64,000 nt of DNA from positions 3,038,001 to 3,102,000 of the forward strand of contig NC_000964.3 in NCBI RefSeq assembly GCF_000009045.1. Direction: 5' to 3'. The DNA is from Bacillus subtilis subsp. subtilis str. 168 (lineage in GTDB: Bacteria > Bacillota > Bacilli > Bacillales > Bacillaceae). The position numbers and the translations under genes are program-made. A model generated the notes under the pieces. That model did no database searches. It was not told where the DNA came from and saw only the letters and a program-made list of their open reading frames with translations. Shown here in pieces: positions 42,620 through 54,187 of this stretch (its first letter is position 1; the number at the start of each line of letters is the position of its first letter).

Positions 42620-42630
42620 TATCCTCACCT

Positions 42631-45225
<2,595 letters not shown>

Positions 45226-45260
45226 TTTTTCCTAGCCTCCTTTCACGGATTCTTGCATTC

Positions 45261-45304
45261 ACTGTAGCGCAGCAGGCAAAAGTCCGTCTACAATCATATG
45301 ATCA
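45261..45304 (-). promoter_or_regulatory. Putative yteP promoter with proximal operator
   Basis: TGATCATATGATTG abuts TAGACG-N18-TACAGT; same layout as upstream of ytcP. Confidence 0.65.
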
Positions 45305-45368
45305 CATCCTGTTTTATCCCTTTATAATCAAGGGTTCAGCCGGTCCACCTGAAAAAAAGACACCGATA

Positions 45369-45383
45369 TTAGAAAATGATTAT
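45369..45383. promoter_or_regulatory. Distal conserved site (copy 1)
   Basis: TTAGAAAATGATTAT, identical to 50377-50391. Confidence 0.65.
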
Positions 45384-45440
45384 TGACAATATCTATCAAT
45401 CTTTGGATTAATTGTATTAAGGTGAAGTGGATGTTATGAA

Positions 45441-47759
45441 ATGGGGGGTTTTATGAAAAGAAGCCAATACAAGTTTTACTACAAACTGATCACGTTTTTC
45501 TGCCTGCTCAGCACCATTCCGGTTATTTTGGTCGGATTATTTTCGTACGAGCACTCTCAGAAAACGGCTATTTCCAACGTTTCGGAGGAAAAATTCGACA
45601 CACTCCAGCAGACCCAGCAAAGCATCGAGCATATATTGAAAACCGTCGATCACTCTTTAACCCACTATGTGAGTTCGCCGCCTCTCCTTCGCACATTGTC
45701 CGAGCCTTTGCACTCAGACCAATTTCAAATCTATAACCAAGTGAACCAAGAGCTCAATTATCTGCAAAGCTTTGATACCGATCTGTCCAACATGACGTTA
45801 GTCAGTTATACGAAAAAATGGTACATGAACAATTCCGGTTTGTACCGTTTGAATACAGACACTCTTCATGAAGCAGCCTCAGCGTACACGAAACAAAAAG
45901 CGAGCCGCTCCTATTGGACGCTTGAGGAAAACAATCATTTGATTTCAACCAAAGAAGGCACAGCAGAAAACTGCCGCTACAATATCAATTTAATTAAGCA
46001 GCTTCCTTTGAACAGCACAAATACAAAGGGATTGGCCGCCGCAAGCATCCCGAGCTGTTCGCTTGTCAAAAATATGCCCGGCTATTCAAACGCCAACAAC
46101 CTGTTTATCATCGATGAAAAAGGCCTCATCATCCTTCATAACAATATGTCTGACGTTGGTGAATCTCTTCATAACGACGGCTTTGTCCAAAAAGTGCTGG
46201 CGCAAACGGCCAATAGCGGACAGTTTGAAACAGTGATTGACCGGATTCATTATAAAGTCACCTATCAAAAATCTGACTATAATGCATGGACTTATTTTTC
46301 TCTCGTTTCCCTGCCTGAGTTAAAAAAAGAAGCCAAATCAATCGGCTGGATCACTTTTGCAGTATGCCTCATTTTGTTAACGCTTTCATTGCTGTTCTCT
46401 TGGCTTGGCTCCCGCCATTTTTACAAGCCGATCAGGGTGCTTTACGAATCATTCGCAAGACATGGAGCCATACAAGAGAAACAACAGCCTCCTCAAAATG
46501 AATTTGAGTTAATTGAACAGAGCTTTAAGCAGCTGAAGGACAGAAATGACGACCTTGAAGAAACGATGAAGCAGCAGGCCACTCATCTGCAGCAATATTT
46601 TATGGTCAGGCTTATGCTTGGAAAACTGACGGATGAGGAGGTTGATAACCGTTTTGAAAGCCTCGGCTTAAAGCAAAATTGGCGGCACCTTGCCCTGCTT
46701 GTGCTCCAAATTGACACACTGAATCATACGCCTTATGAGAAAAAAGATATGGATCTGCTTTTGTTTGCCGTCAACAGCCTGATTGAGCGCAACATCCCGA
46801 CGGACAAACATCTTGCCCCCGCCGTAGTTGACAAACAGCAGGCGACGATTTTGATCAATCAAAGCGGGACAAAGGAAGAATTCATGGCTGAGCTGAATGA
46901 GACTGCAAGGATGATTCAGGAAAAAGCGGAAGCTGAGCTGCAGCTGTCTGTCAGCATCGGCATCAGCCAGCCGTTTGATGTGCTGACAAAAGCGAAAACA
47001 GCCTATGCGGAAGGCTCAGAAGCGTTGAAATATCGGCTGAAAGCGGAAAACAAGTCGATCATCTTTTACGAAGACCTTGACCAGAAAAAAACCTTCAAAA
47101 CCCATTTTCCAAAGCAGCTTCAGCATGAGCTGTTCGATGCTGTCAAAGCAGGAGACAAGGAGAAAGCGGATAAATGCCTGCACGCGATTTTACAAGCCAT
47201 TTTCACCCAGAACACCAACCCGTATCAATTTCAAATCGCCATCGCCCGTTTTTTGAACCATGTGATTGAGCTGATGCATGTGCTTGGGATCGAATTGTTT
47301 GAGCTTGAAGAAAACAAAATGCTGTATGACCAAATTTTTGAGCTGAAAACGTTCGAGGATACCGAAAACTGGCTAAAGAATGAGTTTATTGATCCGATGA
47401 CAGACAAAGTGAACGCCCGCGCGGATGCCCAGTACAAAAATATTTCCGACAACATCATTCATATCATCCATCATGAGTTTGAATCCGAATTGACACTGGA
47501 CGAAATCGCACGCAGGCTGCATTACAACCCAAATTATTTAAGCAGTATTTTCAAAAAAGAAATGGGAATTTCATTCAGCGAGTATGTCTCAAGCTACCGA
47601 CACCATATGGCGAAAAGCTGGCTTGCCGAAACCGACATGGCGGTCAAGGACATTGCCGAAAAGCTGAAATATAAAAACTCCCAAAACTTCATCAGATCAT
47701 TTAAGAAGCTGGAAGGGATTACACCGGGAAACTACCGCCAGCAAAAAAGAAGCATGTAA
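45441..47759 (+). CDS. ytdP: Membrane-anchored AraC-family regulator (TM, extracytoplasmic sensor, TM, AraC HTH)
   Basis: Two TM helices flank a loop of about 270 aa; C-terminal LDEIARRLHYNPNYLS...FIRSFKK. The true start may be ATG 45453 (GGGGGG RBS). Also annotated rmgR. Confidence 0.92.
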   Translation: MGGFMKRSQYKFYYKLITFFCLLSTIPVILVGLFSYEHSQKTAISNVSEEKFDTLQQTQQSIEHILKTVDHSLTHYVSSPPLLRTLSEPLHSDQFQIYNQVNQELNYLQSFDTDLSNMTLVSYTKKWYMNNSGLYRLNTDTLHEAASAYTKQKASRSYWTLEENNHLISTKEGTAENCRYNINLIKQLPLNSTNTKGLAAASIPSCSLVKNMPGYSNANNLFIIDEKGLIILHNNMSDVGESLHNDGFVQKVLAQTANSGQFETVIDRIHYKVTYQKSDYNAWTYFSLVSLPELKKEAKSIGWITFAVCLILLTLSLLFSWLGSRHFYKPIRVLYESFARHGAIQEKQQPPQNEFELIEQSFKQLKDRNDDLEETMKQQATHLQQYFMVRLMLGKLTDEEVDNRFESLGLKQNWRHLALLVLQIDTLNHTPYEKKDMDLLLFAVNSLIERNIPTDKHLAPAVVDKQQATILINQSGTKEEFMAELNETARMIQEKAEAELQLSVSIGISQPFDVLTKAKTAYAEGSEALKYRLKAENKSIIFYEDLDQKKTFKTHFPKQLQHELFDAVKAGDKEKADKCLHAILQAIFTQNTNPYQFQIAIARFLNHVIELMHVLGIELFELEENKMLYDQIFELKTFEDTENWLKNEFIDPMTDKVNARADAQYKNISDNIIHIIHHEFESELTLDEIARRLHYNPNYLSSIFKKEMGISFSEYVSSYRHHMAKSWLAETDMAVKDIAEKLKYKNSQNFIRSFKKLEGITPGNYRQQKRSM

Positions 47760-47793
47760 AAAACCCAAAACCGCTTGCGCGTTTTGGGTTTTT
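47758..47793. terminator. Bidirectional terminator ytdP/ytcQ
   Basis: AAAAACCCAAAAC-9nt-GTTTTGGGTTTTT. Confidence 0.9.
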
Positions 47794-47799
47794 CCAATG

Positions 47800-49296
47800 T
47801 TATTTTGCTTGTTTAAACGCTTCTTCGTATTCCTGAATAATTTGTTTTCCTCCGCTTGACTCCCATTTTTCCACTTCTTTATCGAACTGGCTTTCTGTGA
47901 TGTCTCCAATCATATATTTGTAGGTCGCGTCATCAATGATTTTCTTCAGTTCGTCACCCCGTTCCGACTCCGATGCGGAATACAGGCTTTCAGCCGGGTT
48001 TGAGACGATAATCTTTTCATTGTCCTCGGTCAGCTCCTCGTACGCCGTCCGAAGCGGATCTCCAGTGTTTTTTAAGTAGGCTTTATCAATGGCAATTAAA
48101 GCGGACAGCGGCTGAATATCAGTCTGCCAGTCTTTTACCTGGCTTTCTTTGCGTGTAAACGTTTTGTCCTCACCTTTGTTGTAATGAACGCCGTCAATGC
48201 CATAAGTCATCAGGCTATAGACATCTTCTTCGGCAATTCGGTCAAAAAACGCCAAGATCCGTTTAAGCTCAGCTTCCGTTTTCACACTCGTTTTCGGGAA
48301 AGCAAACACGCCGTTATGGCCTCCTGATGCCCATACCCGCTCTTTCCCATCTGGGCCTTTTATGCGGTTGATGATCTCGAGCTTCATCGATTTATCAGAG
48401 GCATGGTCGCGCAGATTGACCGCATCTACCATATTGCCAATATAAATTCCGGCTTTTCCTTGAGAAAACAGCTCTTGCTGCTGGGTTTTGCTTGTGACGG
48501 GAAAATCCTTATTCATATACCCGTTATCACGCAGCTTTTTCATATAGTTCATCGTGTCTTTGTATTCCTGTGTCATGAAATCAGGCGTGAATTTGCCGCC
48601 CGATTCCTTCCAATCTGTCGGCATGCCTTCATACGAGCCAATCGTTTTAAACGCGCCGTAAATCAAGTCATTACGGTCTGCCAGCCCGAATGTATCATCT
48701 TTCCCATCCTTGTCCGGGTCGTCCTCCGTAAATGCTTTGGCCACTTCATAAAGCTCATCCAACGTTTTCGGGGTTTTCAAATTTAAATTGTCCAGCCAGT
48801 CCTTCCGAATGACGATCCCCTGTCTGGAAAGCGGGCGCTCTCTGTATATCCCGTAGAGCTTGCCGTCAATTGTCACATTTTTATTAATGAGTTTGTTCAT
48901 TTTGTTTAAGTTGGGATAATCCTTGATATAATCGCCGATTTCCCAAAACATTCCTGACCGAAAGGCATTCATGACTGACGAATTTTTAATATCCTGGATG
49001 GTCACGATTTGCGGAAGATTGCCGGCTGCAAGCGCTGCATTCAGCCTGTCTTCTTTCACCGCGTCTGGAACCCAGGTGATGTCGAGTTCTGTATTTGTCA
49101 GCTTTTCAATTTCTTTAATCGCCCTGTCTTTCGGCGGCTGCTGGTGATACAAAATCGCCATCCAAGACAGCTTTACCTTTGAATCTGGGCCAGCTTTGCC
49201 TTCAGCCGAAGACTGATCAGTTCCTTTACAGCCCGCCAGCACTCCGCCGAGTGCCAGTACAAGCACAATCAAAAGCACCCTCCATTTGTTTCCCAT
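47800..49296 (-). CDS. ytcQ: Carbohydrate ABC substrate-binding lipoprotein, 498 aa
   Basis: Lipobox VLAGC; AGGGG RBS. Confidence 0.93.
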   Translation of the reverse strand: MGNKWRVLLIVLVLALGGVLAGCKGTDQSSAEGKAGPDSKVKLSWMAILYHQQPPKDRAIKEIEKLTNTELDITWVPDAVKEDRLNAALAAGNLPQIVTIQDIKNSSVMNAFRSGMFWEIGDYIKDYPNLNKMNKLINKNVTIDGKLYGIYRERPLSRQGIVIRKDWLDNLNLKTPKTLDELYEVAKAFTEDDPDKDGKDDTFGLADRNDLIYGAFKTIGSYEGMPTDWKESGGKFTPDFMTQEYKDTMNYMKKLRDNGYMNKDFPVTSKTQQQELFSQGKAGIYIGNMVDAVNLRDHASDKSMKLEIINRIKGPDGKERVWASGGHNGVFAFPKTSVKTEAELKRILAFFDRIAEEDVYSLMTYGIDGVHYNKGEDKTFTRKESQVKDWQTDIQPLSALIAIDKAYLKNTGDPLRTAYEELTEDNEKIIVSNPAESLYSASESERGDELKKIIDDATYKYMIGDITESQFDKEVEKWESSGGKQIIQEYEEAFKQAK

Positions 49297-49320
49297 CGTA
49301 CCCCTCCGTTTCATATTTCT

Positions 49321-50193
49321 TTATCCTTTGACAGATCCCAGCAAAGCTCCTTTTGCAAAATGCTTTTGTATAAACGGATAGACAAGCAGAACAGGGATGG
49401 TCGCCACCACTATGACCGCCATTTTAATGGTTTGCTCAGGCGGCGGGCTGCCCGACCCCATTTCAGACATATCCCCCTGCATACCGCTTGATACAATGAC
49501 GATTTGGCGCAGAAGCACCTGAATTGGCCATTTTGCTGAATCATTTAAGTACAAGATCGCTGTCATATACGTGTTCCAATACGTGACCGCATAAAATAGT
49601 GAAATCGTTGCGATCGCAGGAAGAGACAGCGGCAGCACAATTTTAAAGAATATGCCCAGATCATTGCACCCGTCAATTTTCGCGGACTCTTCCAGGCTTG
49701 ACGGGATATTTTGAAAGAAGTTTTTCAGAATGATCAGGTTAAAGGCATTAATGGCTGTCGGCAAAATAAGCGCCCAGTAAGAATCGAGCAATCCAAGCGA
49801 TTTGACCACAAGGAAAGTCGGAATCATGCCGCCGCTAAACAGCATCGTAAATACGACGAGAAACATGAGCGGCTGCCGGCCGATTAAATCACGGCGGGAT
49901 AACCCGTAAGCCATCAGTGACGAAAGAAACATGCTGACCGCAGTGCCTATCACTGTCACAAACACAGAAACAAGCAAACTCTTATAAATAATATCTGTTG
50001 AAAAAATGTAGCGATAAGCATCTAGCGAAAAAGTGGTCGGTATTAAAATAAATTTTTTCGACACGACTTCTTCTACTGTGGCAAAGGATGCTGCGATAAC
50101 ATGAATGAACGGAAGTACGCATATTAAAGCGAACATCAGCAAGAAACCATAAATCAACATATCAAACAGACGGTTTTTCAGTGAATGTGCGAT
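49321..50193 (-). CDS. ytcP: Carbohydrate ABC permease; start codon ambiguous (ATC 50193, GTG 50202 or CTG 50181)
   Basis: EAA loop LEESAKIDGC and FSGGMIP; the SD sequence points to an in-frame ATC. Confidence 0.9.
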   Translation of the reverse strand: MAHSLKNRLFDMLIYGFLLMFALICVLPFIHVIAASFATVEEVVSKKFILIPTTFSLDAYRYIFSTDIIYKSLLVSVFVTVIGTAVSMFLSSLMAYGLSRRDLIGRQPLMFLVVFTMLFSGGMIPTFLVVKSLGLLDSYWALILPTAINAFNLIILKNFFQNIPSSLEESAKIDGCNDLGIFFKIVLPLSLPAIATISLFYAVTYWNTYMTAILYLNDSAKWPIQVLLRQIVIVSSGMQGDMSEMGSGSPPPEQTIKMAVIVVATIPVLLVYPFIQKHFAKGALLGSVKG

Positions 50194-50209
50194 AGCTCCC
50201 ACCTCCCTT

Positions 50210-50223
50210 TGTAAGCGTTATCA
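50210..50223. promoter_or_regulatory. cre site in the ytcP leader
   Basis: TGTAAGCGTTATCA, near-consensus. Confidence 0.8.
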
Positions 50224-50267
50224 TATTTTTGGAAACCGAGCTCAGCATGTGACGATATCGTGTCTAA

Positions 50268-50311
50268 AATGTAGCAAATCTGTGATTGCCATGTCTATAA
50301 TCATTTGAACA
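50268..50311 (-). promoter_or_regulatory. Putative ytcP promoter with proximal operator
   Basis: TGTTCAAATGATTA abuts TAGACA-N18-TACATT (extended -10 TG). Confidence 0.7.
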
Positions 50312-50356
50312 GTGTCCCCGGCCGGGCGGGGGCTGCCGCGAATTGAGACCGATAAC

Positions 50357-50395
50357 AAAAGAAAAAGAGCATAATCTTAGAAAATGATTATGCTC
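50357..50395 (-). terminator. Terminator of the bio-ytbQ operon, overlapping the distal conserved site copy 2 (50377-50391)
   Basis: GAGCATAATC-9nt-GATTATGCTC followed by TTTTTCTTTT. Confidence 0.85.
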
Positions 50396-51149
50396 CGTTC
50401 TCCTCCTCGTTCAGAAGTTCAGCCGTATTGATTTGTGGCGAAAACCCAAGTTCATTCACGGCAGATTCAATGGACCATGGCCGGCCCGGATTATCAGAGA
50501 CGGCGTAATAAGTGCCATACCGGATGTTGGTCTCAATGGCGGCTTTGAAAATCGACAGCAGATCGGGGTGAGAAAGCAGTGTCTTTTTCGTCCGTTCTTT
50601 TTCATGCAGCGTATCCATTTCATCTGTCACGACTGTTCCGATTCGAAGGTTGATTACTGATAGCTTATTTTCCAAATAAAACAAATGGCCGATCTGTTCA
50701 GAGGTCAGCTTTAATACACCGTACAAGTTTTTTGACAGCGGATAATCGCTTGTTGTGATTTCCCGTCCTAAGAGCGAGCGCCCGTCTTTTTCATATACAT
50801 CTGTGACATGATTGCTGCTGGCGAACACGAGCTTTTGAATGCCGAGCTCCGCTGCCGCACGGCACAGATAATAGCTTGCCCTATAGAAAACATCCGTCAT
50901 TTTTTCAAACTCAGCGATGTCCATAATATCGTATTTGATTTTCACAGCGAGTAAATTCAAGATGGCATCGGTATCTTTTGGAATCTTCTTCAACAGCTCC
51001 TCATAATTTGCCGCGTCAGCCTGAATGGAAGAGGCTTTGCCATCGAAATGATCTTTATCAAGCACAGTCACTTCATAGTCTGAAATAAGCCCTTCAGCAA
51101 GCAGTCTCCCAATCACACCATTTCCGCCGGCGATCAGCACTTTTTTCAC
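50388..51149 (-). CDS. ytbQ: Extended SDR NAD-dependent dehydrogenase/epimerase (uronate dehydrogenase-like)
   Basis: GGNGVIG, FASSNH, YGVLK and LRIG motifs; GTG start. Confidence 0.88.
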   Translation of the reverse strand: MKKVLIAGGNGVIGRLLAEGLISDYEVTVLDKDHFDGKASSIQADAANYEELLKKIPKDTDAILNLLAVKIKYDIMDIAEFEKMTDVFYRASYYLCRAAAELGIQKLVFASSNHVTDVYEKDGRSLLGREITTSDYPLSKNLYGVLKLTSEQIGHLFYLENKLSVINLRIGTVVTDEMDTLHEKERTKKTLLSHPDLLSIFKAAIETNIRYGTYYAVSDNPGRPWSIESAVNELGFSPQINTAELLNEEENGA

Positions 51150-51225
51150 GATGTTCACTCCCCTTTTTTATAGATTGCCCATTTTCGGCGGGGCTGACAC
51201 TTTTTTGGCACTCACATTCTTAGGC

Positions 51226-52413
51226 TTATTCAAAAGTCACCGGCAGCTCCTCAAGCGCCCGAAATCCAAAAAGCGGCCGATACCGCCATTCAAAATCCGC
51301 AAGATTAAGGCTGGGCATTCGCTGCAGAAGAGTGTTAATCGCAATTTGCGCTTCTAATCGTGCCAGCGAGGACCCTAAGCAAACATGATGGCCATGCCCG
51401 AATGAAAGATGCGGATTAGGACTTCTCGTAATATCGAAGACATCGGGGTTCGTGAATATGCTAGGGTCTCGATTAGCCGCTCCTAACAAAAGATAGACTT
51501 GTTCTCCTTGACGGATCGTCACCCCGCAGATGTCAATATCCTCTGACGCAACTCTGGCTGTCATTTGCGTGGGGCTTTCATAGCGTAAACATTCCTCGAC
51601 TGCGGTACCAATAAGATCTGGATTTTCTCTCAGTTTCAAAAGCTGTTCTGGATGCTGCAGCAGACAAAGGACTGAATTGCTGATGAGATTGACCGTTGTC
51701 TCATGTCCGGCGATCGCCAGCAATATGCACGTAGATGCCGCCTCCTCTTCCGTCAGCTTATCCTTTTCTCTCCCCTTCAAGAGCATGCTGATCATATCCT
51801 GTTGAGGGTGGCGTTTTCTCTTTTGAATCAGCTCTTTGAAATATGCCATAGCCTGCACAGCCATAATATTGCCCTCTGTTAATGCCTTTCTTGAGCGGGT
51901 AAAATCAATCGTTTGAATGAGACTCGCAGCCCACTCCTTTAATTGCTCCCTATCTTCCTCCGGTACACCTATAATGTTAGCTATGACAAAACTTGCTAAA
52001 GGAAAAGCAAAGTCCGAAATGACCTCCATCTTTTTTTTACCTTGCACTTGATCAAGCAAATGATGGACAGTTTCAATGATATACGGCTGATAACTCTCTG
52101 TCGTTCTCGGCGTAAACGCTCCGCTGGCAAGCGTCCGCAATCGTCTATGATCAGGCTGGTTCTGAAACAGCATCATTTGATTTTGCACATGTGAAAGGTC
52201 CTGATATTTGGTTGAGCTCTCAGGCAGCGGGGTGCGGACTTTGAATCTCGCATCTTTCAAAATAGCAGCCGTTTCTTCATATCCTGTGACATACCAGCCC
52301 GGGTATTTTAAGAAACTCCCTTTATAGATAGGATGAACAGCTCGCAATGTGTCGTAAAAAGAATATGGGTTTTTCAAAAACTCAGAAGATGCAGTTGACG
52401 ATGCAATTGTCAC
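51226..52413 (-). CDS. bioI: Cytochrome P450 BioI, 395 aa
   Basis: AGHETT, ECLR and [10 protein letters not shown] motifs; GTG start after AAGGAG. Confidence 0.97.
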   Translation of the reverse strand: MTIASSTASSEFLKNPYSFYDTLRAVHPIYKGSFLKYPGWYVTGYEETAAILKDARFKVRTPLPESSTKYQDLSHVQNQMMLFQNQPDHRRLRTLASGAFTPRTTESYQPYIIETVHHLLDQVQGKKKMEVISDFAFPLASFVIANIIGVPEEDREQLKEWAASLIQTIDFTRSRKALTEGNIMAVQAMAYFKELIQKRKRHPQQDMISMLLKGREKDKLTEEEAASTCILLAIAGHETTVNLISNSVLCLLQHPEQLLKLRENPDLIGTAVEECLRYESPTQMTARVASEDIDICGVTIRQGEQVYLLLGAANRDPSIFTNPDVFDITRSPNPHLSFGHGHHVCLGSSLARLEAQIAINTLLQRMPSLNLADFEWRYRPLFGFRALEELPVTFE

Positions 52414-52438
52414 GTGATTTTCTCCTTTCTGTTCAAAA

Positions 52439-52471
52439 ATAAAAACAATCGACATCATACCGATTGCTTTT
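52439..52471 (-). terminator. Internal terminator between bioB and bioI
   Basis: AAAAGCAATCG-9nt-CGATTGTTTTT followed by further T. Confidence 0.7.
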
Positions 52472-52481
52472 ATTGATTCTT

Positions 52482-53489
52482 TCAGCTTTTCGCACTTAAA
52501 CTAGCCTTCATTTCTTCGACTGATTCAACTTCAAAGCCTAAATCACTCAGCATTTTATGATCCTCCGTCTCCTCTTGCCCGGCAGTTGTTAAGTAGTCTC
52601 CGACAAAAATGGAGTTTGCGGCGTAAAGCCCTAATGGCTGCAATGTGCGGAGATTGACCTCTCTTCCTCCGGAAATGCGAATTTCTTTTGATGGATTGAT
52701 AAAACGGAACAGCGCCAGCACTTTTAAACAATACAGCGGGTTTAATTCGTTGACGCCTTCTAACGGCGTGCCATCAATTGCATGCAAAAAATTCACAGGA
52801 ATGGAATCCGCGTCAAGAGCCTTCAAGCTTTTGGCGATGTCAATGACATCCTGTTTCGTCTCCTTCATCCCGATAATGGCGCCTGAACACGGAGACAGCC
52901 CCGATTCTTTTGCGATTTCAACCGTATTGACTCTGTCATCGTATGTATGTGAGGTTGTGATGTTTGAATGGTTTCTCTGTGACGTATTCAAATTATGATT
53001 ATAGCGGTCTACTCCTGCATCTTTGAGCCGCTTCGCCTGCTCTGGCTTCAACAGTCCAAGACATGCACAAATCTTCAGTCCATACGTCTCTTTAATTTCC
53101 TGAACCGCATCTACGACCTGATCCACTTCTCTGTTAGACGGACCTCTGCCGCTTGCCACGATACAATATGTGCCGATATTCAGATCGTGCGCCCGCTTCG
53201 CGCCTTCAAGCAGCGTTTCCTTATTCACCATCCGGTAAGACTCAATCGGCGCTTTCGAAATCGCAGACTGTGAACAATAGCCGCAGTTTTCCGGGCAGAG
53301 CCCGGATTTCGCATTCATAATCATATTGAGCTTTACTTTTTTTCCGTAAAAGTGTTTTCTGATGTGAAAAGCCCCGTGCATTAATAGCAAAATATCTTCA
53401 TCAGGACAATGTAATATTGAAAGCGCCTCTTCGTCAGTCACTTCTGCTCCAGCCAGCACCCGGTCTGCGAGTTCCATCCATTGATTCAT
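52482..53489 (-). CDS. bioB: Biotin synthase (radical SAM), 335 aa
   Basis: CPENCGYC and YNHNLNTS motifs. Confidence 0.98.
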   Translation of the reverse strand: MNQWMELADRVLAGAEVTDEEALSILHCPDEDILLLMHGAFHIRKHFYGKKVKLNMIMNAKSGLCPENCGYCSQSAISKAPIESYRMVNKETLLEGAKRAHDLNIGTYCIVASGRGPSNREVDQVVDAVQEIKETYGLKICACLGLLKPEQAKRLKDAGVDRYNHNLNTSQRNHSNITTSHTYDDRVNTVEIAKESGLSPCSGAIIGMKETKQDVIDIAKSLKALDADSIPVNFLHAIDGTPLEGVNELNPLYCLKVLALFRFINPSKEIRISGGREVNLRTLQPLGLYAANSIFVGDYLTTAGQEETEDHKMLSDLGFEVESVEEMKASLSAKS

Positions 53490-53491
53490 TC

Positions 53492-54187
53492 TCATACCCC
53501 CACTTGATTCATCAGTAATGATAGATTGATATGGTCTTTTACCATATGTAGAACCGTTTCTTTCGTCACGTTGGCAAGCTTTGGCGTAACCCCTAAAATC
53601 GGCACACCGCATAAGCGCTCAATCATCTCAGGATTGGTTTTTTCATCTTCATCAGGAGAGTCACTGATTCCATTGATGATAATTCCGGCGATTGGAAGCC
53701 CCATGCTTTCTGCATATTTGACAGTTAAAAAGGTATGATTAATGGTTCCAAGGCGAGGACGCGCCACAATAATCATGGGAAGCTGCAACGCTTTTATGAC
53801 ATGACTGACCAAATAGTCCTCTCCCAATGGCACAGAAATACCGCCTGCACCTTCTACGATGAAGCATTCATGTTTTTCTCTAATCCGCCCCCAATGGCTT
53901 AAAACCTCTTCCATGGTGACAGTCTTTCCCTCAAGTTTCCCTGCAACGTATGGTGCAAGCGGCGCCTTGAAGGCAAAAGGCGTAATGTCTTCATGAGAAA
54001 GACTGGTCTGCGACATATCTTTCAGCAAACTTGTATCACTATCTGGATGATGGCGCGATATCCCGCTTAAAAATGGTTTATACACCCCGACATGTCTATT
54101 ATTGTCTTTCAATAAGGCAGCAAGACCGCTGGATATAACCGTTTTCCCTACTTCTGTATCAGTTCCCGTCACAAAAAAACCCCTCAA
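53492..54187 (-). CDS. bioD: Dethiobiotin synthetase
   Basis: GTDTEVGKT and VEGAGG motifs; TTG start. Confidence 0.97.
   Translation of the reverse strand: MRGFFVTGTDTEVGKTVISSGLAALLKDNNRHVGVYKPFLSGISRHHPDSDTSLLKDMSQTSLSHEDITPFAFKAPLAPYVAGKLEGKTVTMEEVLSHWGRIREKHECFIVEGAGGISVPLGEDYLVSHVIKALQLPMIIVARPRLGTINHTFLTVKYAESMGLPIAGIIINGISDSPDEDEKTNPEMIERLCGVPILGVTPKLANVTKETVLHMVKDHINLSLLMNQVGV

Noticed and set aside
45383-45412. TTGACA as the ytdP -35
   Set aside because: No convincing -10 at 16-18 bp (best ATTAAT); left uncalled.
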